Assembly (NCBI GenBank): GCA_047975785.1
Contig: JBKEEC010000064.1
Location: 1 to 55,799, forward strand
Source of the DNA: Sphingomonadaceae bacterium
GTDB lineage: Bacteria; Pseudomonadota; Alphaproteobacteria; Sphingomonadales; Sphingomonadaceae
Length of the DNA stretch: 55,799 bases
Direction of reading: 5' to 3'
Below are positions 43,973-53,612 of the stretch, in pieces. A model generated the notes under the pieces. It did no database searches and was not told the DNA's origin. It worked only from the letters and a program-made list of their open reading frames with translations. Positions within the stretch are counted from its first letter, which is position 1; the number at the start of each line of letters is the position of its first letter. The position numbers and the translations under genes were made by a program.

Positions 43973-44947
43973 TTATACAAAATGCGGATTATTACCTGCA
44001 TCGCGCCATTGGCTTGCATTGACCCCGGTGTGACGGTGGAACACATCCCGGAAGTTCCGTGAATCATTGTAACCGACAGCTGCTGCAATGTTTTCAATAC
44101 TGCGGTTGGAATGTGCCAGTAACCGTTTGGCGGTAGCCAGTCTCAGACTGGTTACAAAGGCGGCCGGTGTCACGCCCAGTTCGGCCTTGAAGCGGCGCAG
44201 GAGCATGGCCTGACTGATATTGAGCTCTGCCGCCAGACCGGCAATCGAGACATGATCCGCAAAGCGTTGTTCCAGCCAGAGGCGGGCTGATTCAACCACC
44301 GGATCGCTGGCCTTGCTTTCCCGTGTTTCCACGATTTGCCCCATGACGGAACGCAGCCAGTGCCCGGTTGCCGGAGAGAGCAGGCGGTCAAACGCGCGGG
44401 CAACCAGTTCCGTATCACACTGGATGCCACGCCCCAGTAGCAGGTTCGGGCTTTCCAGAACCTCGCGATGGGCATCCTGTTTCACCCTCGGAAAGATCAT
44501 TCGAAATGTTGGCGACAAGGCCGGAATAACGGGAATGGATAAATCCTGCCCCAGACCCGCAGCAAGAGGAAGTGCGGTAGATGATCCACTCGCGCCGATC
44601 AGACAGCCTTGTGCGACCAGATCATCCAGCCAGTGCAACAATGCCGCAGAGTCTTGCAAACGACGGGCAAAACTGTCTTCCCCCACAACACGAAAGGCTG
44701 GCAGCCAGAGAAAATCAAACCTGTCTGACGGGGCTGTCGCCCTGTCCACTTCCATACTGGTATATTTGTCGAGACATATGGGGGCACCGTCAGTGGATAG
44801 AACAGTCAAACGCATGTCACTGTCAGGCGATACATCATTGCGCATGATGCGCTGGCGGCGCTCATTGGCGAGAAAAAAGCCGTCCATCAGTGCTGCAATG
44901 CCCCCGTAAAAGGCACCGGGTAAAACCAGCATGGCAAATTCAATCAT
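43973..44947 (-). CDS. AraC-family regulator with a DJ-1/PfpI-like N-terminal domain (GlxA type)
   Basis: The C-terminal double HTH reads IAGLAAELNISQAMLLRRFKAELGVTPAAFVTSLRLATAKRLL...IAAAVGYNDSRNFRDVFHRHTGVNASQWR. ATG 44947 is preferred over TTG 44977. Confidence 0.9.
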   Translation of the reverse strand: MIEFAMLVLPGAFYGGIAALMDGFFLANERRQRIMRNDVSPDSDMRLTVLSTDGAPICLDKYTSMEVDRATAPSDRFDFLWLPAFRVVGEDSFARRLQDSAALLHWLDDLVAQGCLIGASGSSTALPLAAGLGQDLSIPVIPALSPTFRMIFPRVKQDAHREVLESPNLLLGRGIQCDTELVARAFDRLLSPATGHWLRSVMGQIVETRESKASDPVVESARLWLEQRFADHVSIAGLAAELNISQAMLLRRFKAELGVTPAAFVTSLRLATAKRLLAHSNRSIENIAAAVGYNDSRNFRDVFHRHTGVNASQWRDAGNNPHFV

Positions 44948-45051
44948 GCCCTCTCTGCCCTTTCCGGATTGCAACAACGGTTACACTGCTTCAGTATAAC
45001 GCCATTATGCCTGCAGGGGGAGATGAAGCAGACCGATACTGGCTGTTTTCC

Positions 45052-47169
45052 CTATGATGCGATGGGTTTGCCATCCCAGTCCTGTCCTGCTGCAACACGA
45101 TCTTCCAGCAGTTTTGCAGGCTTCCACCGCTCACCATGGGTTTCGTAATTGGAGCGGATGACATCCAGAACCTTGTCCAGTCCTTTTTGCTGTGCCCAGA
45201 ACATCGGGCCACCCCGATATTTCGGGAAGCCATAGCCAAATACATAGGTGACATCGATATCGCTGGCACGTTGGGCAATGCCTTCCTCGACGATTTTGGC
45301 CCCTTCATTGACCATGGCGGCCAGAATACGGTCCACGATTTCCTCATCGGTGAAATTGCGGCGCGTCACGCCTTTTTCCTGCGCAATGTCCTGAAGCATG
45401 ATTTCGGTTTCAGGATCGGCAGAAGCGTTACGACCGTCATATTTATAATATCCGGCACCGGATTTCTGACCCAGACGGCCTGCCTCGACAATTTTCTCTA
45501 TCAGAGGCACGTATTCTGGCGATTGCGGATCAATGATTCCTTCCTCGACCTGCCCCTTGCGGCGGCGATAGGACACATCCAGCCCGGCCATATCGCGCAT
45601 CAGATACAGCCCCATGGGAAAGCCAAATTCTTTCAGCGCATCATCCACCTGCCACGGCGTACCGCCTTCCAGCAGGATCAGGTCTGCTTCCTGCCCGTAG
45701 GTCTTGAGAATACGGTTGCCGATAAACCCGTCACAATTGCCTGACAGAACCGGAACCTTTCCGATCCGGGTAGCAAAAGCCATGACTGTCGCAATTACCT
45801 GATCGGAAGATTTTGCCCCGCGGATATTCTCGCACAGCTTCATCACATTGGCTGGCGAGAAGAAATGGGTTCCAACCACGTCCTGCGGGCGACTGGTAAC
45901 TGCGGCAATGGCGTCAATATCCAGACCGGAGGTATTGGTTGCCAGCACTGCACCGGGTTTCATGACTTCATCAAGTTTTGTGAAAATATCCTTCTTGATC
46001 TGCATGTCCTCGAACACGGCTTCAATCACGATATCGCAATCGGCAAGATCGGCGTAATCCAGTGACGGGGTGATCAGGCTCATGGACTTGTCCACCTGCT
46101 CCTGTGAGCGCGATCCGCGTTGAACGGAAATATCGTAATTGGCTTTTACCCTGGCAAGTCCAGCATCTATTGCTTCCTGCTTCACTTCCAGAATAGTGAC
46201 AGGCACGCCGGAATTGACGCAGGACATGGCGATTCCTCCGCCCATTGTACCAGCTCCAATAATGCCGACCTTTTTAATGGGTTTCGGTTTTACAGATGGA
46301 TCAAGCCCATCGACTTTCGCTGCCTGCCGTTCAGCAAAGAACAGGTGGATCTGCGCTGCCCGGCTGGGGGCGGCAAGACAGACCTCAAAAGCCTCTTTCT
46401 CAAAAGCCAGCCCTTCACGCGGACTGAGGGTGCAGGCGGCTTCGATACATTCCACAATCTTGAACGGGGCGACCATGCCTTTCCATTTGCGTTCATTCTT
46501 CTTGCGCACTTCCGCAAAAACTGCGGGGTCTACGTTCTGCACCTTGCCGGTCAGCTCAACCAGAACCGGATAGGGACCGCCTTCAGTGGCTCTGGCACGG
46601 GCAAAGGAGATGGCGGCTGCTGTCACATCACCGTCGGTGACTTCATCAATCAGGCCAAGTTCCCTACCCTTCGCCGCAGGAATATGTTTGCCATTAAGGA
46701 TCAGATCCAGCGCCACTTCAGGGCCGGCAACGCGTGTGGTGCGCTGCGTGCCTCCGCCGCCAGGCAGCAAACCAAGATTCACTTCGGGCAAACCGATTTT
46801 TGCCCGGCTGGCAGCAACACGGAAAGGGGCCGCCAGAGCCAGTTCCAGTCCGCCGCCCAGCGCATGGCCATCAATGGCGCACACTACCGGCTTGGCGCTG
46901 GTTTCCATGATGTCCTGAATATCCAGCAGGCTCGGCCCATGCTTTGGTTTGCCAAATTCGCGAATATCCGCCCCGGCGACAAAACGGTTATTGGCCCCGA
47001 CAATGACAATGGCTTTTACCGCATCATCGGCCTGAGCCTGCTCAAGCCGCATGACCATGCCCCGACGCATGGGTTCCCCCAGCGCGTTGACCGGAGGAAA
47101 ATCGATCGTCAGCACGGCGACATCGCCCTGAAGGTCGTAACGAACAGCGGTTTCGGGAGTAGTGGACAT
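45052..47169 (-). CDS. Bifunctional enoyl-CoA hydratase / 3-hydroxyacyl-CoA dehydrogenase (FadJ/FadB-like)
   Basis: The N-terminal crotonase fold reads PPVNAL...GANNRFVAGADI. The central Rossmann motif is VGIIGAGTMGGGIA. It has 3HCDH C-terminal domains. The start is ATG 47169. Confidence 0.92.
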   Translation of the reverse strand: MSTTPETAVRYDLQGDVAVLTIDFPPVNALGEPMRRGMVMRLEQAQADDAVKAIVIVGANNRFVAGADIREFGKPKHGPSLLDIQDIMETSAKPVVCAIDGHALGGGLELALAAPFRVAASRAKIGLPEVNLGLLPGGGGTQRTTRVAGPEVALDLILNGKHIPAAKGRELGLIDEVTDGDVTAAAISFARARATEGGPYPVLVELTGKVQNVDPAVFAEVRKKNERKWKGMVAPFKIVECIEAACTLSPREGLAFEKEAFEVCLAAPSRAAQIHLFFAERQAAKVDGLDPSVKPKPIKKVGIIGAGTMGGGIAMSCVNSGVPVTILEVKQEAIDAGLARVKANYDISVQRGSRSQEQVDKSMSLITPSLDYADLADCDIVIEAVFEDMQIKKDIFTKLDEVMKPGAVLATNTSGLDIDAIAAVTSRPQDVVGTHFFSPANVMKLCENIRGAKSSDQVIATVMAFATRIGKVPVLSGNCDGFIGNRILKTYGQEADLILLEGGTPWQVDDALKEFGFPMGLYLMRDMAGLDVSYRRRKGQVEEGIIDPQSPEYVPLIEKIVEAGRLGQKSGAGYYKYDGRNASADPETEIMLQDIAQEKGVTRRNFTDEEIVDRILAAMVNEGAKIVEEGIAQRASDIDVTYVFGYGFPKYRGGPMFWAQQKGLDKVLDVIRSNYETHGERWKPAKLLEDRVAAGQDWDGKPIAS

Positions 47170-47270
47170 GAGCGGACGATTCCTTCCGGGTGAAATGCTA
47201 TGGCGCATTGGTCTGCCAAAGGCTCGCGCTCTTGTCATCTGTGCGACCATGCTTTCCCGGCCCTGCGATG

Positions 47271-47294
47271 GAACAATCGCTATTGTGATTGTTC
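47271..47294. promoter_or_regulatory. Inverted repeat gaacaatc-N8-gattgttc in a divergent promoter region
   Basis: Read directly. It is followed by several (c/t)(c/t)aatcg(g/c) direct repeats (47314-47350) and the near-palindrome gcgattatcgc. Confidence 0.4.
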
Positions 47295-47441
47295 TGCCGC
47301 ACTATGTGTCCTTCCAATCGGTCCTTTCTAATCGCCCCCTTCTAATCGGCAGTGCGATTATCGCCAACGGCTCTGGCGTAGTTTTTTATCAGGGCTAAGG
47401 TCTGGAATATTCAATGACAGTAACAGACAAAAGGCAGGATC

Positions 47442-48344
47442 ATGAAAGATTATCGGGGTAAATGGCTTTACGAGCCGGAAACAGTATTGTTCGAAGTGAG
47501 TGGCCCTGTGGCGACTATCACCCTGAACCGGCCTGAAGCTCGCAACGCCCTGAATGGGCAAATGCTGTCCGAGATGCATGATGCCATGCTGGAAGCAGAT
47601 GACCGCACCGATATTAACGTGATTGTGTTGCAAGGGGCGGGCAAGGATTTCTGCGCAGGATATGACCTCAAGCTTTCCTACGAAGGGCGCGGAGAAAAGA
47701 CGGAGCTGGGCGATTATAAATATCGTGAGGCAACCAAGAATTATGATGATGATTGCTGGTCGATGGAAAAGACGCAGCGCTGGTCATTGGTCATGCCTTC
47801 CCTGCACAAGCCTGTCATCGCGAAAATTCATGGAAACTGTCTTGCCGGTGGCACAGATCTGGCCCTGGCCTGCGATCTGGTTATCGCTGCGGATGATGCG
47901 AAAATCGGTTTTCCTGCAACACGGGCCAATGGCACTCCGCCTGCGCATATGTGGACCTATCACGTTGGCCCGCAATGGGCAAAACGGATGCTGTTCACCG
48001 GGGACAAGATTCGTGGCAAGGATGCGGTGCGGATCGGCCTGGTGCTGGAATCATGGCCGGCTGGCCAGCTTGATGAAAAAGTGGCTGAAATGGCAGGTAA
48101 GGTCGGTGCGGTCGATTCCGAATTGCTTTCAGCACACAAGCGCGTGGTCAATATGGCGCTGGAGCAGATGGGATCTGGCCAGATGCAACGCATGGCGGCT
48201 GAACTGGATGCCCGTGCACATCTTTCCACTGGCCCGCGCCGGAGCCAGTTCAAATCAGACATGAAAGAGCATGGCATGAAAGTCGCCCTGCAAAACCGTG
48301 ATGCGCCCTTTGGTGATGGTTTTGTTCATTTCAGGGATGATTGA
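47442..48344 (+). CDS. Enoyl-CoA hydratase/isomerase (crotonase) family protein
   Basis: Motifs are ITLNRPEARNALN and GAGKDFCAGYDL. The protein is 300 aa. Confidence 0.9.
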   Translation: MKDYRGKWLYEPETVLFEVSGPVATITLNRPEARNALNGQMLSEMHDAMLEADDRTDINVIVLQGAGKDFCAGYDLKLSYEGRGEKTELGDYKYREATKNYDDDCWSMEKTQRWSLVMPSLHKPVIAKIHGNCLAGGTDLALACDLVIAADDAKIGFPATRANGTPPAHMWTYHVGPQWAKRMLFTGDKIRGKDAVRIGLVLESWPAGQLDEKVAEMAGKVGAVDSELLSAHKRVVNMALEQMGSGQMQRMAAELDARAHLSTGPRRSQFKSDMKEHGMKVALQNRDAPFGDGFVHFRDD

Positions 48345-48362
48345 TCAGGGGGATCAAGCAAG

Positions 48363-49340
48363 ATGATGCGTTTTGACGGTAAAACCGCACTGATCACCGG
48401 GGCTGGCCGTGGAATTGGCAGGGAACATGCCCTGTTTCTGGCGAGCCGCGGCGCGCATGTCATTGTCAATGATTATGGTGGAGATCGTCAGGGCCGAAAG
48501 GGCGGTAACTCTGAACCGGCTGAAATAGTCGCTCAGGAAATTCGCTCAACCGGAGGGAGTGCGATTCCGGCCTGTGTGGATATTACCGATGCCGGTGCTG
48601 TCAGGGCGATGGTTGCCGATGCCGTTGCTGAATCGGGCGGGGTGCATATCGTCATCCATAATGCCAGCGTCTATGCTGATCCGGGGCCATTTGCAGATGC
48701 GGGTCTGGATGACCTCAGGCGGATCATGATGGTCAATGCCGAAGGAGGCTGGAATGTTGCGCAGGCGACATGGCCCCATATGATAGCGCAAGATTATGGC
48801 CGGATCATCATGACCGGGTCTGGTGCCGGTTTCTTTGGTCGCAGGCTGGACCATGCCTATTCGGTCGCGAAATCGGCATTGATCGGCTTTACCAAGCTGC
48901 TTGCAACCGAAGGGGCGGAGGCAGGCATCAAGGCGAATATGATTGGCCCGATTGCCTGGACAGAGAACTCTTCTGCACAGGGTATTCCGCCAATTATGGA
49001 AAAATATGCCAGCCCTGTTCTGGTCAGCAATCTGGTCGCACTTCTGGCGCATGAGAAATGCCCGGTTTCCGGAGAAATGTTCCATGTCGGCGGTGGATTT
49101 GTCTCGCGCATTTTCATGGCAGAAACGCAGGGCACTGCCTTTAGGGCAGAGGACATGTCTCCTGAATCTGTGCTGGATAGGATGGAGGTGATCATGGCAG
49201 AACCGGGATATTCCATCCCCGCCAATTCAGACAGATCGGGCGCGCTGGTGTCACGGGCTATTGCCTCTGTGAATCCTGAATTTGCAGATATTCTGGCACA
49301 GGCCAAAGCAGAGCGGGATGCGCGAAGAGCCAGCTCCTGA
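48363..49340 (+). CDS. SDR oxidoreductase (MFE2-dehydrogenase-like), paralogue of 40585..41568
   Basis: Motifs are GKTALITGAGRGIGREHALFLASRGAHVIVNDYGGD and YSVAK. Confidence 0.88.
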   Translation: MMRFDGKTALITGAGRGIGREHALFLASRGAHVIVNDYGGDRQGRKGGNSEPAEIVAQEIRSTGGSAIPACVDITDAGAVRAMVADAVAESGGVHIVIHNASVYADPGPFADAGLDDLRRIMMVNAEGGWNVAQATWPHMIAQDYGRIIMTGSGAGFFGRRLDHAYSVAKSALIGFTKLLATEGAEAGIKANMIGPIAWTENSSAQGIPPIMEKYASPVLVSNLVALLAHEKCPVSGEMFHVGGGFVSRIFMAETQGTAFRAEDMSPESVLDRMEVIMAEPGYSIPANSDRSGALVSRAIASVNPEFADILAQAKAERDARRASS

Positions 49341-49386
49341 AGCGGTTATCTGACTCTGCTGCGGATCAGAAACACTGAGAGAGGCA

Positions 49387-50319
49387 ATGATCATGACAGA
49401 AAAACGGGCCATATTTGTGACCGGTGCGACCGGCGCACAGGGCGGCGCAGTGGTAGATGCGCTAATGAATAGCGGGTTTGCAATTCGTGCTCTGGTGCGT
49501 GATCCGGCGTCAGAAGCCGCGCAGGCTCTGGCAATGCGCGATGTTGAACTGGTGACCGGAGATTTTGACGATGCAACCAGTCTCAAGACGGGTGTTTCAG
49601 GAGCGTATGGCGTGTTTTCAGTCCAGACTCCGCCCCGGCCGGATGATCTTGACAGCGAAGTGCGCATAGCAGGCAAACTGGTTGATGCAGCACATGCCGC
49701 AGGGGTGGAGATATTTGTCCATACATCCGTTGCCCGTGCCGGAGAGCATGAGAGCTTTTCCGGGTGGCAGGAAGGGCGCTGGTGGCCACGATACTGGACC
49801 AGCAAGGCGGAAGTTAATGAGATTGTCCGGAAAGCAGGTTTTCCCCGTTATACCATTTTGAAACCTGCCTATATGATGGATAATTTCATTACCCCCAAAA
49901 GTCAGTGGATGTATCCGGGGCTGGCCAAACGCGGAGCAATTGAAACCGCCATGGCAGAAGATACAAGACTGGATCTCATTGCAGCTTCGGATGTCGGGCG
50001 TTTTGCGGCTGCGGCTTTTGCAGAACCGGATCGGTTCAGTGGCCAGGAAATTGATCTGGCAGCAGAGTCTTTGACAATGCAGGAAGTGGCAAAAGCCATA
50101 ACGACATCAACCGGAAAGGCTGTGGCCGTGAAGCACATGTCTGGCAAGCAGGCCCGCGAAATGGGTAATTCTCCCGGCCTGACAGAAAGCCAGCAATGGG
50201 CAAGGGTGGAAGGCTACAAGGTCGATCTCACCCAGGCAGCCAGCCATGGTGTCCCGCTGGAAAGAATTTCTGACTGGTCTCAGCGTATGCGGGACAGGTT
50301 TTGTATAGGTCCGGAATAA
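49387..50319 (+). CDS. NmrA-family NAD(P)-binding protein
   Basis: The N-terminal motif is IFVTGATGAQGGAVVDALMNSGFAIRALVRDP. Confidence 0.85.
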   Translation: MIMTEKRAIFVTGATGAQGGAVVDALMNSGFAIRALVRDPASEAAQALAMRDVELVTGDFDDATSLKTGVSGAYGVFSVQTPPRPDDLDSEVRIAGKLVDAAHAAGVEIFVHTSVARAGEHESFSGWQEGRWWPRYWTSKAEVNEIVRKAGFPRYTILKPAYMMDNFITPKSQWMYPGLAKRGAIETAMAEDTRLDLIAASDVGRFAAAAFAEPDRFSGQEIDLAAESLTMQEVAKAITTSTGKAVAVKHMSGKQAREMGNSPGLTESQQWARVEGYKVDLTQAASHGVPLERISDWSQRMRDRFCIGPE

Positions 50320-50323
50320 TTAT

Positions 50324-50452
50324 AGCTTTTCGCGAAAAAGTGGGCGCAGGTTATTGACCAATGCCCCGCTTCGTTTCCGCAAAAGAAAAGTGAGAACAAG
50401 CAACTACAGCATCGCATCGGATTCAACTTTTTCTCGCGATGCTGCACGCACA
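50324..50452. repeat. Interspersed repeat copy with recognisable terminal inverted repeats
   Basis: The left end is cgcgaaaaagtggg (50331-50344) and the right end is aactttttctcgcg (50425-50438). An internal 9-bp inverted repeat pairs cagcatcgc (50407-50415) with gcgatgctg (50436-50444). The tail acaagcaactacagcatcgcatcggattcaac aligns with 26381-26411. Confidence 0.8.
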
Positions 50453-50474
50453 ATAATCAGGGCGTAATAATCAT

Positions 50475-51518
50475 TCAGCCCAAAGCATTCCGTGCAATAC
50501 GGGCCTGACATTCTTCCGCCTCGGCCATGATCCGTTTGATCAGCTCCTCGATAGTCGGGATGTCATGCACCATGCCGACAGACATCCCCACAGTTGTAAA
50601 TCCGGTGCTGGTATCGCCGCTATTCATCGTGTGTGTATGGGCTTTCAGCATTTGCGACATGCGCATCATGCCCTCGATTTCCTTTGGCCCTTTACGGAAG
50701 GTGTCCAGAGCCAGCTTGTGCCATGGAATATTCAGTTCCCTTGCAATTTCAAAGGAATGAGAAAATACGCTGAACACGTTGAGCATTCTGGCATCCATCA
50801 TCTTGCGCGCACCGGGCACATCCATCTGACGGCAGGGAATACCGTCAAATTTGGTGGAATAGACTGTGCCTGTAATATCCAGTTCAACAGCCTTTTCCTT
50901 CCAGCCCTGATGCATGGGGCCTTCCTGGGTCGTCCAGAACCGGGTTCCCATGGAAACACCGCCTGCACCCAGTGCAAGGGCCGCGATGATGCTTGATCCG
51001 GTGGAGATGCCACCTGCAGCAATCACCGGAATATCCAGAACCTCAACCAGTCTTGGTATCAGGGTGAAGGTTGTGACTGACCCGGAATGTCCTGCAGCCT
51101 CATATCCGGCGGCGATAACCGCATCGCAGCCCTGTTGCTGGGCCTTCAAGGCCAGTTTCTGATCGGTAATGGAGGCCATGACCTTGCCGCCATATTTGTG
51201 GGCGGCATCACAGATCCAGTCTCCCTTGCCCATGGAATAATTGATGACCGGGATTTTTTCTTCAAGACAGACAATGACATTTTCACGACCATTGGGCAGG
51301 GCAAGCGGTGCATTGGCACCAAAGGGTTTGTCCGTCAGGGTTCTGATTTCGCGTATCCATTCGCGTGTTTGCTCTGGCGGGCTGGAGCCAGCCCCCAGCA
51401 CACCCAGCCCGCCAGCATTGGAAACCGCAGCAACCATATCGGGCAAAGCCACCCGTCCCATACCGGCATTGAGGATGGGGTAATCAATGCCAAACAGATC
51501 TGTGATGGATGTCTTCAT
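50475..51518 (-). CDS. Nitronate monooxygenase / FabK-like FMN oxidoreductase
   Basis: The N-terminus is LFGIDYPILNAGMGRVALPDMVAAVSNAGGLGVLG, and it has a TIM-barrel FMN motif GGISTG. Confidence 0.9.
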   Translation of the reverse strand: MKTSITDLFGIDYPILNAGMGRVALPDMVAAVSNAGGLGVLGAGSSPPEQTREWIREIRTLTDKPFGANAPLALPNGRENVIVCLEEKIPVINYSMGKGDWICDAAHKYGGKVMASITDQKLALKAQQQGCDAVIAAGYEAAGHSGSVTTFTLIPRLVEVLDIPVIAAGGISTGSSIIAALALGAGGVSMGTRFWTTQEGPMHQGWKEKAVELDITGTVYSTKFDGIPCRQMDVPGARKMMDARMLNVFSVFSHSFEIARELNIPWHKLALDTFRKGPKEIEGMMRMSQMLKAHTHTMNSGDTSTGFTTVGMSVGMVHDIPTIEELIKRIMAEAEECQARIARNALG

Positions 51519-51529
51519 CCTCTATATCC

Positions 51530-52429
51530 TCAGCTATATTCCGGCTCTTGCCACCACGGGAAATAATCCGGCATGTCCTTCGAGACAGTGCACGGGAAAT
51601 CAGGCAGGCGTTTTTCAATGAAGGAGGCAACCCCCTCTTTTGCATCGGGCGATGCGCCGCGGGTGCAGATGCCCCGGCTTTCAATCTTGTGGGCTTCCAT
51701 CGGGTGATCCATCCCCAGACTGCGCCATGCCATCTGCCGCATGAGAGCGATAGATACCGGAGCTGTATGATCGGCAATCTCGCGGGCAATTTCCTGCGCT
51801 CGTGGCAGCAGGTTTTCCTGCGTGGTTACTTCGCTGACCAGCCCGACTTCTTTCAGTTCATCCGCAGAGAGGATGCGCCCGCTAAAGCTCAGCTCCAGCG
51901 CTTTGCTGATGCCGACCACACGAGGCAGAAACCAGGATGAGCAACATTCAAAGACAATACCACGTCTGGCATAGACAAAGCCCAGTCGCCCCTTTTCGCT
52001 GGCAATGCGAATATCCATAGGCAGGAGCATGGAAGCACCAATGCCCACGCCTGCACCATTAATGGCGCCAATCACAGGTTTGAGGCTGTTAAACAGGCGC
52101 ATGGCCAGCTTGCCGCCACCATCGCGCGCGGCATCCGAACTGTAATTGAATGTACCATCCGGGTTGCGGGCCGAAACGTCGCGCCCTTCTACCTTCTTGT
52201 CCTTGTTGAAGATATCGGCCCCGCTGGACAGATCTGCCCCGCCGCAAAACCCCTTGCCCGCGCCTGTGATAATCAGGGCGCGAACCGCATCATCCTGATC
52301 GGCAAGATCGAGTGCGTCTTCAATCTCTTTTTGCATCAGTGGGTTCATGGCGTTGAACTTGTCAGGCCGGTTGAGCGTCAGCGTCGCAACACGGTCATTC
52401 ACGTCATAGAGGATAGTTTCAAAGCTCAT
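51530..52429 (-). CDS. Enoyl-CoA hydratase/isomerase family protein
   Basis: Motifs are LTLNRPDKFNAMN and GAGKGFCGGADL. Confidence 0.9.
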   Translation of the reverse strand: MSFETILYDVNDRVATLTLNRPDKFNAMNPLMQKEIEDALDLADQDDAVRALIITGAGKGFCGGADLSSGADIFNKDKKVEGRDVSARNPDGTFNYSSDAARDGGGKLAMRLFNSLKPVIGAINGAGVGIGASMLLPMDIRIASEKGRLGFVYARRGIVFECCSSWFLPRVVGISKALELSFSGRILSADELKEVGLVSEVTTQENLLPRAQEIAREIADHTAPVSIALMRQMAWRSLGMDHPMEAHKIESRGICTRGASPDAKEGVASFIEKRLPDFPCTVSKDMPDYFPWWQEPEYS

Positions 52430-52441
52430 AATTATGTCCTC

Positions 52442-53251
52442 TCACTCGCTGGTGAAATCGGGGTCACGCTTTTCCATGAAGGCAGCGCGTTTTTCTTTCG
52501 CGTCGGCAGTAGATTGCGCCATGAAGACGCCGCGGGTCTCAAACTCCATCGCCTGTTCCAGACTGCCGGCATTCATATTGTGCCACAGGGCCTGTTTGGT
52601 CACCCAGATGCCCATCGGCACATTGACAACAATATTTTTCGCAAGGTCGATACAGGCCTGCTGCAATTCCTCATCCGGAACTGTTTTCAGAACAAGGCCA
52701 ATCTGCTCGGCTTCATCTGCCATGACGGCCCGCGCAGTATAGAGAATTTCGGCTGCTTTTTGTGTTCCGACAGCGCGGGGGAGCATGTAGCTCATGCCCA
52801 GTTCTGCTCCGGTGGCAGCATTATGGATGGCATTGACGAATTTGGCGGATCGGGCGGCGATGGAAATGTCTGCTGCCAGTGGCAACGCATATCCCATACC
52901 GGCTACCGTGCCGTTGATTCCGCATATGACCGGCTGCGGCAGATTGCGCAGCATAACAGGAAGGGAAGAGATCACCTGCATGGCATATTTGGTGTAATAG
53001 GCCTTGCCCACACCTTCCTTGATCCATTCAGGCGCTTCCTTGTCGCGCAGATCATGGCCGGTGCAAAAACCCTTGCCATTGCCTGTCAGGATCACGACCC
53101 GGACATCAGGATCAAACCTGATATCATTGAGGATATCGGCAAATTCGAGATACATGGCATTGGTAAAAGCATTGCGGGCATCAGGCCGGTTGAGTGTCAG
53201 CCGCCGGACTCCCTTGACCGGTTCGTCGATCAGAATATTTTCCTCAGCCAT
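52442..53251 (-). CDS. Enoyl-CoA hydratase/isomerase family protein
   Basis: Motifs are LTLNRPDARNAF and GNGKGFCTGHDL. ATG 53251 is preferred over track start 53317. Confidence 0.88.
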   Translation of the reverse strand: MAEENILIDEPVKGVRRLTLNRPDARNAFTNAMYLEFADILNDIRFDPDVRVVILTGNGKGFCTGHDLRDKEAPEWIKEGVGKAYYTKYAMQVISSLPVMLRNLPQPVICGINGTVAGMGYALPLAADISIAARSAKFVNAIHNAATGAELGMSYMLPRAVGTQKAAEILYTARAVMADEAEQIGLVLKTVPDEELQQACIDLAKNIVVNVPMGIWVTKQALWHNMNAGSLEQAMEFETRGVFMAQSTADAKEKRAAFMEKRDPDFTSE

Positions 53252-53410
53252 ATTGTCGTATCCTGTTTCTGTTGCAGTAGTTTGCTGTGATCCGGAATAA
53301 CTTATCGCCAGAGTCACGCCTATAATGCAATCACCCCATAGCGTCGTATCGCACTTGTGATGGCCGCCACGTTGCGGCTCCTGCTGTGTCCCTGCCTTTG
53401 GCCGAGATGA

Positions 53411-53427
53411 TCATATCTGTGATATGA
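53411..53427. promoter_or_regulatory. Perfect inverted repeat tcatatc-tgt-gatatga in the 360-bp divergent intergenic region
   Basis: Read directly. It lies between the crotonase operon start (53251) and the MFS start (53613). Confidence 0.4.
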
Positions 53428-53612
53428 CTATGGTTGCCCTTGCTTGTGCGGAGCGTTCCCATAGCTTTTGAACAAGCCCCTGGCCTTTACGTCCCGGCCT
53501 TTATACGGGGCGGCGCGTTGCGGAGAGAGTGCGGAGATGATGAACTGGCAAGGCCACGGCCATGCGCTCAATGAGTCCTGTCCCATGGCATTTCGATATT
53601 CGGTGACGCTCC

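Noticed and set aside
46120-47193. 357-aa plus-strand ORF; similar long antisense ORFs lie at 52331-53290, 30881-31828, 29684-30433, 34935-35732, 10640-11443 and 3376-4080
   Set aside because: All are mirror-strand ORFs inside genes with strong motif support (FadJ-like, crotonase, tamB, cyoA, RNase T2, transposase). None has a recognisable domain.
47268-47295. GGAAC-N16-GTTC as a possible EcfG-type (general stress sigma) promoter
   Set aside because: The -10 element is not the CGTT consensus. The same bases are better explained as the 8-bp inverted repeat, and the site lies ~150 nt from the nearest start codon.
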